Source: Candidatus Nomurabacteria bacterium RIFCSPLOWO2_01_FULL_41_18 (GTDB lineage Bacteria; Patescibacteriota; Minisyncoccia; Phycocordibacterales; UBA9973). From it: a stretch of 64,000 nt of DNA. How positions within the stretch are numbered: the stretch's first letter is position 1; the number at the start of each line of letters is the position of its first letter. Positions 8,962 to 17,151 of this stretch are shown piece by piece. The stretch lies in assembly GCA_001785865.1 (NCBI GenBank), contig MFUZ01000006.1, positions 242,315-306,314 of the forward strand, given 5' to 3'. The notes below the pieces were generated by a model. It worked only from the letters and a program-made list of their open reading frames with translations, ran no database searches and was not told where the DNA came from. The position numbers were made by a program, and so were the translations under genes.

Positions 8962-10104
8962 ATGGAAAAATTGATTAGCGGCCGAAACTACATAATGGAG
9001 AGAAAATACAAATGGATCATCAAGCCGATTTTGTTCAAATTTGATCCCGAAAACGTGCATGATAATATGGGCGTCGTCGGTCGTTGGCTCGGCAAACACT
9101 TCCTGACCCGTAAATTAGCGAGTTTATTTTGGAATTATTCAAATCCCGCACTGGAACAGAACATTCTCGGTATAAACTTCAAGAACCCGACAGGACTTTC
9201 GGCTGGTTTCGATAAGAATGCGGAATTGACCGAAATCATCTCTTCCATCAGTTTTGGCTTTATGGAAGTGGGCTCTATTACTGGTGAGGCCTGCGTAGGT
9301 AACCCCAAACCCCGGCTTTGGCGCTTGAAGAAATCGAGATCGCTCGCCGTAAATTACGGACTCATGAACGACGGCGCTGAAGCGATAGCCGAAAGATTGG
9401 GCAAGAAGCTCGAGGTGAAAAAATTCGATATCCCCGTCGGCATCAGTATCGCCAAAACAAATTGCAAAGACACAGTAGATACTGAAAAAGCCATCTTCGA
9501 TTATTTCAAGGCTTATCGAGCATTCATCGACATAGGCGACTATTTCACAATAAATATCAGCTGTCCGAACGCCTTTGGCGGACAGCCCTTCACCGACAGC
9601 ACCAAGCTCTACTTGCTGCTTTCGAAAATCATGTCCGTCCCGAAGACAAAACCTATTTTTATAAAATTATCCCCCGACTTAAAACAAAAAGAAATCAATG
9701 AAATACTAGATATTGCCGCAAAATGGAATGTGGACGGATTTATTTGCACAAATTTGACTAAAAATCGTAATAAAAAACAGAATAAAAACATTATAGATGA
9801 AAGCGTGCCGGAGTTAGGCGGACTGTCTGGGAAAGCAGTTGAAGATCTGTCGCTCGAACTGATCAGATATATTTATAAAAAAACAGGTGGAAAAGCAAGT
9901 AAATTTGTAATTATTGGCTGTGGTGGAGTCTTTAGCGCCGAAGATGCATACAAAAAAATAAAAGCCGGCGCTTCCCTCATCCAACTCATAACGGGAATGA
10001 TTTTCGAAGGCCCGCAACTAATTAGTGAAATAAATTTAGGATTAGTAAAACTCCTAAAAGCTGATGGTTATAAAAATATTTCTGAAGCAATTGGAAAAGA
10101 ATAG
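8962..10104 (+). CDS. pyrD: dihydroorotate dehydrogenase (quinone-type, class 2)
   Basis: N-terminal membrane-associated extension + NPTGLSAGFDKN and C-terminal GCGGVFSAEDAYKKIKAGASLIQL motifs. Confidence 0.75.
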   Translation: MEKLISGRNYIMERKYKWIIKPILFKFDPENVHDNMGVVGRWLGKHFLTRKLASLFWNYSNPALEQNILGINFKNPTGLSAGFDKNAELTEIISSISFGFMEVGSITGEACVGNPKPRLWRLKKSRSLAVNYGLMNDGAEAIAERLGKKLEVKKFDIPVGISIAKTNCKDTVDTEKAIFDYFKAYRAFIDIGDYFTINISCPNAFGGQPFTDSTKLYLLLSKIMSVPKTKPIFIKLSPDLKQKEINEILDIAAKWNVDGFICTNLTKNRNKKQNKNIIDESVPELGGLSGKAVEDLSLELIRYIYKKTGGKASKFVIIGCGGVFSAEDAYKKIKAGASLIQLITGMIFEGPQLISEINLGLVKLLKADGYKNISEAIGKE

Positions 10105-10106
10105 AA

Positions 10107-10138
10107 TTACGTAATGTATTACGTAATACATTACGTAA
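10107..10138. repeat. 32-bp perfect palindrome TTACGTAATGTATTACGTAATACATTACGTAA (copy 1) between convergent stops; probable bidirectional terminator
   Basis: Perfect self-complementarity; contains TACGTAA three times at 12-nt spacing; second near-identical copy at 56849-56882. Confidence 0.7.
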
Positions 10139-10146
10139 CTAAAATC

Positions 10147-11418
10147 TTATTTCTTCTTCAACAAAATCATCAAATCAGAAACGTTGGCCCCTGTTGCGCC
10201 GGTCATGATAATGTCGCCGGACTTTTGAAACACCGGGTAAGAATCGAAACGTTCTAGGTGATCATCGATATCTATACCTTGATTTTTTATTTTTTCAATA
10301 GTTTTTTTATCCGCTATGGCTCCAGCTGCATCGCTGTTGTCCATGCCGTCGGAAGCGAGAGAGACAAAGACCGAATCTTCGCCGATCATTCCTTTTTTGA
10401 TCACTCGGAGCGCCATATGGAGGTTTCTTCCGCCCTTTCCCCCTTTCCTTGCCACTTTTATTTCAGGCTCCCCAGCAGCCAAGACGGTAGTATCTGGGGC
10501 TTCCGCTTTAAAAATTTTCCCCACGGCAGAATCTATCTCATCATACATATCTGTGGATAAAATATTTGCTTTAAGGCCAAGTTCTTCCGACTTTTCGGCC
10601 ATCGCGCTTATGGCGGTCTTGTTTGAAACCAGGACAAAATTGCGTACTTTTTCAAAATATTTATCTTCTTTCGGAGTTTCTATCAGGTCGAATTTTCCCA
10701 AATTATATTTACGAATGATTTCTGCAGCATCCGCTACGGTACTCTCATCCTTGTAGGTGGGGCCTGAAGCGACATCAGCAAAATGATCCCCGGGTATATC
10801 GGAAAAAATAAGTCCGACGACATTGGCCGGATAAGCGACTTTGGCCAATCCCCCGCCTTTCAATATGGAAAGATGCTTCCGGACAGTATTTATTTCCTCG
10901 ATAGTGCCTCCACATTTCAAAAATTCATCATAGAGAGCCATATTTTGCTCGCACTCCTCTTTGGAATAGCAGAGCAAGGCAGAGCCACCGCCCGAGACAA
11001 GTACGATGATGAGATCATCTTCGCTTCCATTTTTCAATATTTCATATATTTTTTCACCGGCCTCTACATTCATCATACTCGGCCTCGGGTGGCTCCCGGC
11101 AAATACGTCGATATAGTCGAGGCTGATCTTGGCAAGTCCAACCACGGCGCCAGTTTCTATCTTCGGACCTAAAATTTTCTCCAACGCGAGAGCGGCACGG
11201 GCAGAAGCCTTGCCAAAACCGACAACTTTGATTTTTTTAAATTTCGACAGATCGAAACTCTCCCCCATTATGGTAAGTAGATCGCCCTCGGGCTTTACAA
11301 ATCGAGAAATTACTTCTTCGGTATCGATCGCCGATAGTCCCGCCTCAATGATAGCAAGAGCCAATTTACGATTTTCCGTTGTGGCGAGCTCGCCCTGATT
11401 TTTGATCCATCTTTTCAT
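10147..11418 (-). CDS. glycerate kinase, MOFRL family (glycerate 2-kinase-like)
   Basis: 423 aa; VVGFGKASARAA, VSGGGSALL, GGKGGRN motifs typical of MOFRL/DUF4147 glycerate kinases. Confidence 0.6.
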   Translation of the reverse strand: MKRWIKNQGELATTENRKLALAIIEAGLSAIDTEEVISRFVKPEGDLLTIMGESFDLSKFKKIKVVGFGKASARAALALEKILGPKIETGAVVGLAKISLDYIDVFAGSHPRPSMMNVEAGEKIYEILKNGSEDDLIIVLVSGGGSALLCYSKEECEQNMALYDEFLKCGGTIEEINTVRKHLSILKGGGLAKVAYPANVVGLIFSDIPGDHFADVASGPTYKDESTVADAAEIIRKYNLGKFDLIETPKEDKYFEKVRNFVLVSNKTAISAMAEKSEELGLKANILSTDMYDEIDSAVGKIFKAEAPDTTVLAAGEPEIKVARKGGKGGRNLHMALRVIKKGMIGEDSVFVSLASDGMDNSDAAGAIADKKTIEKIKNQGIDIDDHLERFDSYPVFQKSGDIIMTGATGANVSDLMILLKKK

Positions 11419-11419
11419 T

Positions 11420-12436
11420 CTATTTTACAAGATTTACGGGATTGCTCAAAACAAACCCTCTGATATTTTCTACTGTTACTTTCAGAATCTCCGCAACAGC
11501 TTCCCGGGTGTAAAAAGCGATGTGCGGAGTGATAATCACATTTGGCATATCTATAAGAAGACGGTCTTCCAGCAAGGTTTTGTAATCCTCAATATGTCTT
11601 CCGCTCGCGGGCGAAGACAAGATCTCAATTTCGTCTTTGAGCTCCCTTTCACCTTCGAGCACATCCAGTCCGGCTCCGCCGATAATTCCTTCTTTGAGGC
11701 CCCAGATGAGCGCGTCGGTGTCGATGAGCTCCCCTCGCGCAGTATTTATGATATAGGCTCCTTTTTTCATCATGGAAATATTTTCTTTGTTGATCAGATG
11801 ATGGCTCTCTTTGGTGTAAGGGGCATGAAGAGTGATGATGTCGGCCTCGCGGACCACATCATTCAGACTCTTATATTCAAAATTATTTTCCTTTGCAAAA
11901 GCCAGATCGGGATAAAGATCATAAGCGATCATGTGCATACCGAAGGCTTTGGCTATTTTTATTACATTTTTCCCAATTTTTCCAGTGCCGATAATTCCCA
12001 AAGTCTTACCCAAGAGATCAAATCCCTCCATTCCGGAAAAGTAATTGAAATCGGAAGATTCCCGGATGTAATTATTCGCTTTGATGATATTTCTGGAAAG
12101 ATCGAGGACGAGTCCAAAAGTGAACTCAGCTACCGTATGGGAGCCATACGCCGGCACATTGGCGACTTTTATCCCTTTGGTCTTCGCGTATTCGCAGTCG
12201 ATATTGTTGTATCCTGTCGCCCGCGTGGCGATAAATTTTAAATTTGGCAGAGCGTCTAAAACTTTTTTACTGACGTCAGAATCCACAAAAACGCATATAA
12301 TATCGGCATCTTTTGCGAGGTCGGTATTGGTCTCATCTAATTTTTCTTTAACGAAAGAGATTTCAGAGCCACTAAAAGAATTTAAAAAGAGGTCCTGCTC
12401 TGATTTTTCTAGACTCCCGAAGAATGATATTTTCAT
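11420..12436 (-). CDS. D-isomer-specific 2-hydroxyacid dehydrogenase (glycerate/hydroxypyruvate reductase-like)
   Basis: NAD-binding GIIGTGKIGKNV Rossmann motif, catalytic His region TPHIAFYT. Confidence 0.75.
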   Translation of the reverse strand: MKISFFGSLEKSEQDLFLNSFSGSEISFVKEKLDETNTDLAKDADIICVFVDSDVSKKVLDALPNLKFIATRATGYNNIDCEYAKTKGIKVANVPAYGSHTVAEFTFGLVLDLSRNIIKANNYIRESSDFNYFSGMEGFDLLGKTLGIIGTGKIGKNVIKIAKAFGMHMIAYDLYPDLAFAKENNFEYKSLNDVVREADIITLHAPYTKESHHLINKENISMMKKGAYIINTARGELIDTDALIWGLKEGIIGGAGLDVLEGERELKDEIEILSSPASGRHIEDYKTLLEDRLLIDMPNVIITPHIAFYTREAVAEILKVTVENIRGFVLSNPVNLVK

Positions 12437-12448
12437 GCTCTAATTATA

Positions 12449-12560
12449 TCATGGTTCGATTTTACTCACCATGATCCTGCTTTCGACTGCCCTGAGGGGC
12501 TTGCTCAAGCCCTTGAACGGGAGTTTTTATCGAATGGATCATAAGCCCAGTCGAAGCAAT
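12449..12560 (-). promoter_or_regulatory. structured 5' leader with mutually exclusive helices upstream of 2-hydroxyacid DH/glycerate kinase operon (candidate riboswitch/attenuator)
   Basis: ATCATGG(12449)/CCATGAT(12469)/ATGGATCAT(12534) three-way alternative pairing; TCGACTG(12483)/CAGTCGA(12548); GGGCTT can pair with AAGCCC at 12507 or 12543. Confidence 0.35.
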
Positions 12561-12567
12561 AATATGG

Positions 12568-12951
12568 CTATTTAAACCAATTTTTCCAGAAAAAGAGAAA
12601 AGAAAAGAAGCCTCCGGACTTCTTTTCTGGAACCTCGGACTGGTTCTCATCTTCCACGATGATGATCACGCCTTCTCCTTCTTTCACCACTGGAAATTTT
12701 TCACGTATACTTTCTTCGATTCCGCTTGAGGTTCCCAATTTGGCTATCTCTGCCGTGAGTTTTAATTTTTGCTCCTCCAGCTCGGTCACTTGGCTCTCTG
12801 CAATTTTTTTATTTTCCCTGGTTATAGACATCTTGCCCATAAAAACTATCACGCTCCAGGCAAAAATAAGCAACAATATAAACAAAATTGCCAAAACAGG
12901 CCTTGAATGTAAAATATTTCGCCAACCTCTTTTTCTTTGAAAACTTTTCAT
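12568..12951 (-). CDS. septum formation initiator family protein (FtsB/DivIC-like)
   Basis: N-terminal TM then coiled coil (ESQVTELEEQKLKLTAEIAKL); 127 aa. Confidence 0.5.
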   Translation of the reverse strand: MKSFQRKRGWRNILHSRPVLAILFILLLIFAWSVIVFMGKMSITRENKKIAESQVTELEEQKLKLTAEIAKLGTSSGIEESIREKFPVVKEGEGVIIIVEDENQSEVPEKKSGGFFSFLFFWKNWFK

Positions 12952-13077
12952 AGTATGATACTATCAGTATATGCTTTTCAACAAAAAACATCAAAAAAAG
13001 ATCCAGATCATCTGGGCGATAGTGAGTATTCTCATCATCATCAGCATGATCTTATTGTATTCTCCGATATTTCAAAT

Positions 13078-13208
13078 AAACTAGAAACTCGTTGCAGGCG
13101 TACTTTTTAGAAAGCCTTGCGCAGGCGGACGCGCCGAGCAGTTCGCTCCGCAAGCTTGCGGAGATAGATTGCTTTATAAAAAGTATGCCAAGAAAGAGTT
13201 TCTAGTTT
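13078..13208. repeat. GC-rich ~130-bp nested inverted-repeat element (terminal 13-bp IR AAACTAGAAACTC/GAGTTTCTAGTTT)
   Basis: Outer perfect 13-bp IR, second IR GTACTTTTTAGAAAGC/GCTTTATAAAAAGTA(T), central 18-bp perfect palindrome CTCCGCAAGCTTGCGGAG; overlaps lepA stop. Confidence 0.5.
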
Positions 13209-15136
13209 TCCCCGCTACGCATCATCTTCAAAAATACGTCTTGGGGAATGTTTACTTTGCCTCTTTCTTTCATTTTCTTTTTGCCTTTCTTTTGTTTCTC
13301 ACGAAGTTTCATTTTGCGAGTTATATCACCTCCATACATATGTGCAGTAACATCTTTTTTCATACCAGAAAGCGTGCGTGATGAGATGATGCGTCCAAAT
13401 GCTTTACCTTGGATTTTCAAAGTAAACATTTGCCTAGGCAACAAGCTCTCTAATTTTACAACAGACTCTTCGGCTTCTATTTCTACCCTTTTCTTTGAGA
13501 CAACTTTAGAAAAAGCTGGTACAGGTTCATCGGCAACCAACACATCAAGTCGGGTGACATCTGCTTCACGATTTTCGGCTATATTGTAAGATATTGATCC
13601 ATAGCCAGATGAAGTGCTTTTTAGTTCATCAAAGAAATTGCGCATCAATTCACGAAGCGGCATTTTTACAGATATAGATGAACGGTTGTCTCCGAAATTC
13701 TCAGTCTCCCCTACTTCTGCTTCATGATCAAACAATATCTGCATAATGTTACCTAGATATTCCACAGGAGTGATTATTTTTGCATTTACCCACGGCTCAA
13801 AAATAGTTTTAATATTACTGTCATCTGGAAAAAAGTACGGCGAATAAATCTTCTGCCTCTTCGGCAGATCGCCGATGAGGCGATTTCCAACATTAGTATT
13901 ATATTCTACTTCATATACGATAGAGGGCGTAGTGATGACAAGATTCAAATTAAATTCTCGCTTCAGTCTTTCAGTAATGATTTCTAAATGAAGCATTCCA
14001 AGAAAACCACAGCGAAAACCTCGCCCCAGAGATCCTGAAGATTCTTCTTCAAAAGAAAAAGACGAATCTGAAAGTTTTAGTTTTCCTAAAGAAAGCTTTA
14101 GTAAGGCAAAATCGTCCGCATCCTCGGGAAAAACACTCGCCCAAACCACCGGCATCGGCTGCATATATCCCGGAAGTGCAGGCAGTGGATTCGCAGATTT
14201 TGTAATCGTATCTCCAACAGAAGCAATACCAGGCTTTTTTATGCCTGTGACAATATAGCCGGTATCTCCAGCTGAGAGACTGTCTCGTGGAGTTTCTTCT
14301 GGTGAAAAAGTCCCGACCTCAAGCGCTGTAAATTTTTCCCCTGAGACAGCAAAAAGCAAGCTGTCACCCCGCCTCACCTTACCATCAAATAACCTCACAA
14401 AAACTATTACCCCTTTATGATTTGAATATTTAAAATCAAACACTAAAGCGCTCAAAACATTTTCACTTTTATTTTCATTTTTATAATTTTCAATTGGCGC
14501 CGGAACACGTTTTATAACTTCCTTTAAAAGATTTTCCACCCCTTCTCCTGTGCGACCTGAAACTAAAAGCACTTCATTTGGATCGCAATTTAAAAGTTTT
14601 ACCACTTCTTCTTTTACTTCCGACACCCTAGCCAAAGGTGAATCAATTTTAGAAAGGACAGGAATTATTACAGAGGCCCCTTCACCTCTCCCATTGCCAG
14701 AGCGGGGTAGGCGAGCCATAGCGAGCGTGGTAAGCGTCTGCGCCTGCACCCCCTGTGTGGAGTCAACCAGTAAAATAGACCCTTCCACGGCCTTCAGAGC
14801 CCTAGAGACTTCATAAGAAAAATCCACGTGTCCGGGAGTGTCAATGAGATTCAGTATGTAAACCTCATCCCCCGCCTTCTCCTGGGGGGAGAAGGAGCCC
14901 CCTCGCCTTCCAGGAGAGGGGTTAGGGGTGAGGTGGGTGGTGTATTCCATGCGAACGGGTTGCATTTTGATTGTAATACCTCGTTCACGCTCAAGCTCCA
15001 TAGAGTCTAGTACTTGATCACGCATTTTTCGCGCTTCTACTGTATGCGTGATCTCGAGCATTCTGTCTGCCAAAGTACTTTTGCCATGGTCTATGTGGGC
15101 GATTATTGAAAAGTTTCTGATGTGTTTTAGGTCCAT
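13202..15136 (-). CDS. lepA: elongation factor 4 (LepA)
   Basis: NFSIIAHIDHGKSTLADR, DTPGHVDF, full five-domain EF4 layout; carries ~20-aa GC-rich in-frame insert (LTPNPSPGRRGGSFSPQEKAG). Confidence 0.9.
   Translation of the reverse strand: MDLKHIRNFSIIAHIDHGKSTLADRMLEITHTVEARKMRDQVLDSMELERERGITIKMQPVRMEYTTHLTPNPSPGRRGGSFSPQEKAGDEVYILNLIDTPGHVDFSYEVSRALKAVEGSILLVDSTQGVQAQTLTTLAMARLPRSGNGRGEGASVIIPVLSKIDSPLARVSEVKEEVVKLLNCDPNEVLLVSGRTGEGVENLLKEVIKRVPAPIENYKNENKSENVLSALVFDFKYSNHKGVIVFVRLFDGKVRRGDSLLFAVSGEKFTALEVGTFSPEETPRDSLSAGDTGYIVTGIKKPGIASVGDTITKSANPLPALPGYMQPMPVVWASVFPEDADDFALLKLSLGKLKLSDSSFSFEEESSGSLGRGFRCGFLGMLHLEIITERLKREFNLNLVITTPSIVYEVEYNTNVGNRLIGDLPKRQKIYSPYFFPDDSNIKTIFEPWVNAKIITPVEYLGNIMQILFDHEAEVGETENFGDNRSSISVKMPLRELMRNFFDELKSTSSGYGSISYNIAENREADVTRLDVLVADEPVPAFSKVVSKKRVEIEAEESVVKLESLLPRQMFTLKIQGKAFGRIISSRTLSGMKKDVTAHMYGGDITRKMKLREKQKKGKKKMKERGKVNIPQDVFLKMMRSGEN
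14868..14940 (-). repeat. in-frame GC-rich palindromic element inside lepA (two hairpin units: CCTTCTCC-TGGGG-GGAGAAGG and CCCCTCGCCTTCCAGGAGAGGGGTTAGGGGTGAGG)
   Basis: Sequence family shared with copies in leuS (28866-28908) and giant protein gene (21118-21160); absent from E. coli LepA at this position. Confidence 0.7.
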
Positions 15137-15265
15137 CCCGTTTAGAAGCAGATCGCGATCAACTCGCGTGTCTGATATGTTATGTTATTAATTTCTATAA
15201 TATTTGATTTCATGTTTTGTTTGTTTTTTAAATTGCGGTCGCGGCTTCTAACGGGATCCATAAAA

Positions 15266-17029
15266 TTAATCTAAAAACCCTCCAGTTTGATGCTCCCAGA
15301 GCTCAGCATAAAAACCTTTTTTCTTTAAAAGATTTTTATGTGTTCCCTCTTCCACTATTTGTCCTTTATCTAAAACTATAATCCTATCCATTTTTTGAAT
15401 TGTGGAAAGTCGGTGAGCTATGACTATGGTAGTTTTTCCTTTCATTAATTCCCCAAAAGCTTCTTGAATATATGATTCACTAATACTGTCCAAAGAACTC
15501 GTGGCTTCATCTAGAACCAAAATAGGAGAATCTTTTAGCATTGCGCGAGCTATTGCCACCCTTTGCCTTTCTCCGCCAGAGAGTTTAACTCCTCTTTCAC
15601 CAACCAGAGTATCATAACCATGGGGCAATTTAGAAACAAACTCATCAGCGTGGGCTTTTTTTGCAACCTCAATGATTTCCTGTTCACTTGCATTTGGTTT
15701 ACCATAATTAATGTTTTCCTTAATCGGTCGATGAAATAAAATTGGCTCTTGCGGAACATATGATACAACAGTTCGTAAATCGTCTTGAGTTACATTTCTT
15801 ATGTCTTGATCATCGATAGTAATTGCTCCACTTGTAATATCGTTCGCCCTCAAGAGAAGTTTCGTAAATGTTGATTTACCCGCGCCTGAATGCCCGACAA
15901 TACCAACGCGTTCACCAGGTTTAATGTCGAGATTAAAATTACTTAAAACTTCTTCACCAAGCTGGTATTTGAAAGAAACATCTTTGAAAACTATATGTCC
16001 CTCTTTCATTTTTATTATTTCAGAATTTTTGGGATCTAGTATATCGGGAACTATTTCAAATATATCCACCATTTCTTTCATGTCTGAAGCGGATTTCATG
16101 AATTTTGTCAAAGAATTTCCAAATTCCCATAAATTAATGGCCACAATAGTCATATAAGTTTCGATAAGTACAATGGTCCCCACAGTCATCTTGCCCTCTA
16201 TCCACAAAGTTATCATGATATAAAGAGTCACACTTTGAACACAGATTATAAATAAATGCTGTAAAAGATCTATCTTAACACCCAAAAATGAGGCTTTTCT
16301 ACTTCTTTTAGCGCCCTCTTCGGTGTACTTGCTATAGGAATTTATTTCGCTTTTTCTAGCGGAAAAAAACTTGACTGCCAAAATATTTGAAAATACATCG
16401 GAAAGACGTCCGCTTATCTTAGAATCCTGCTCTGCTTCAAGCAAATCGTATGTCATTTTCTTTTTTACAAAGAAAGAAACTACACTTATATGTATAACTA
16501 TCCAAATACCAAAAACTAAACTGATCATGGGAGATTGGTAAAGAAGAACTGTGAATACTCCAACTAAAATTACAAAAAATTTCAAAAAGTTATAAACGAA
16601 TATATCGAATGCAATTTCAAATCCTGTCACAAAACGCCTAGCCTTGGTGACTAAGCTTCCTGCAAAAGTGTTGGAAAAAAAAGTTGGTGAATTTTGCTCA
16701 ATTTTTTGAAAGGCAAAATTTCTAAGGTCTCTTATAACATCAATTTCAAACTTCAAAAAGATAAATTTTGTAAACCTTGCGATAAAAAATACTAGAATGT
16801 GTATTGCTACAATAATAACAAATAACTGAAAGATTTCATTTGATGTTGTTGAATTGTCCCCAATTCCTAGTGAAAATATGTCAACAATTTTTTTAAAATA
16901 TAGAGGAGTAATGATTTCAGCAAAAAATATTCTTAGGCTAAAACCCACCAAAATGCAACAAAAAACCCACTTATATTTGCGTATTTGAGGCCAGACATAT
17001 TTCAATATCTTTGAAAAAAAAGACAACAT
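15266..17029 (-). CDS. ABC transporter, fused permease/ATP-binding protein (type I exporter, MsbA-like)
   Basis: 6-TM N-terminal domain, Walker A GHSGAGKST, signature LSGGERQRVAIARAML, Walker B ILVLDEATS. Confidence 0.85.
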   Translation of the reverse strand: MLSFFSKILKYVWPQIRKYKWVFCCILVGFSLRIFFAEIITPLYFKKIVDIFSLGIGDNSTTSNEIFQLFVIIVAIHILVFFIARFTKFIFLKFEIDVIRDLRNFAFQKIEQNSPTFFSNTFAGSLVTKARRFVTGFEIAFDIFVYNFLKFFVILVGVFTVLLYQSPMISLVFGIWIVIHISVVSFFVKKKMTYDLLEAEQDSKISGRLSDVFSNILAVKFFSARKSEINSYSKYTEEGAKRSRKASFLGVKIDLLQHLFIICVQSVTLYIMITLWIEGKMTVGTIVLIETYMTIVAINLWEFGNSLTKFMKSASDMKEMVDIFEIVPDILDPKNSEIIKMKEGHIVFKDVSFKYQLGEEVLSNFNLDIKPGERVGIVGHSGAGKSTFTKLLLRANDITSGAITIDDQDIRNVTQDDLRTVVSYVPQEPILFHRPIKENINYGKPNASEQEIIEVAKKAHADEFVSKLPHGYDTLVGERGVKLSGGERQRVAIARAMLKDSPILVLDEATSSLDSISESYIQEAFGELMKGKTTIVIAHRLSTIQKMDRIIVLDKGQIVEEGTHKNLLKKKGFYAELWEHQTGGFLD

Positions 17030-17151
17030 TGCCCTATTCTAGCAGAAAAAACCCACAATTTCAAAGCTTAAAAATTTAATCAGTTTAGTAATATCATAAT
17101 AGACACGGCCGTTGCTATTACGCTATCAAAAAATAATTAACCCTTAGAATT

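Noticed and set aside
12462-12940. ORFs 12462..12650(-) and 12659..12940(+) in the FtsB-like gene / leader region
   Set aside because: They overlap the structured leader and the antisense strand of the FtsB-like gene and show no domain signal. They are more likely non-coding.
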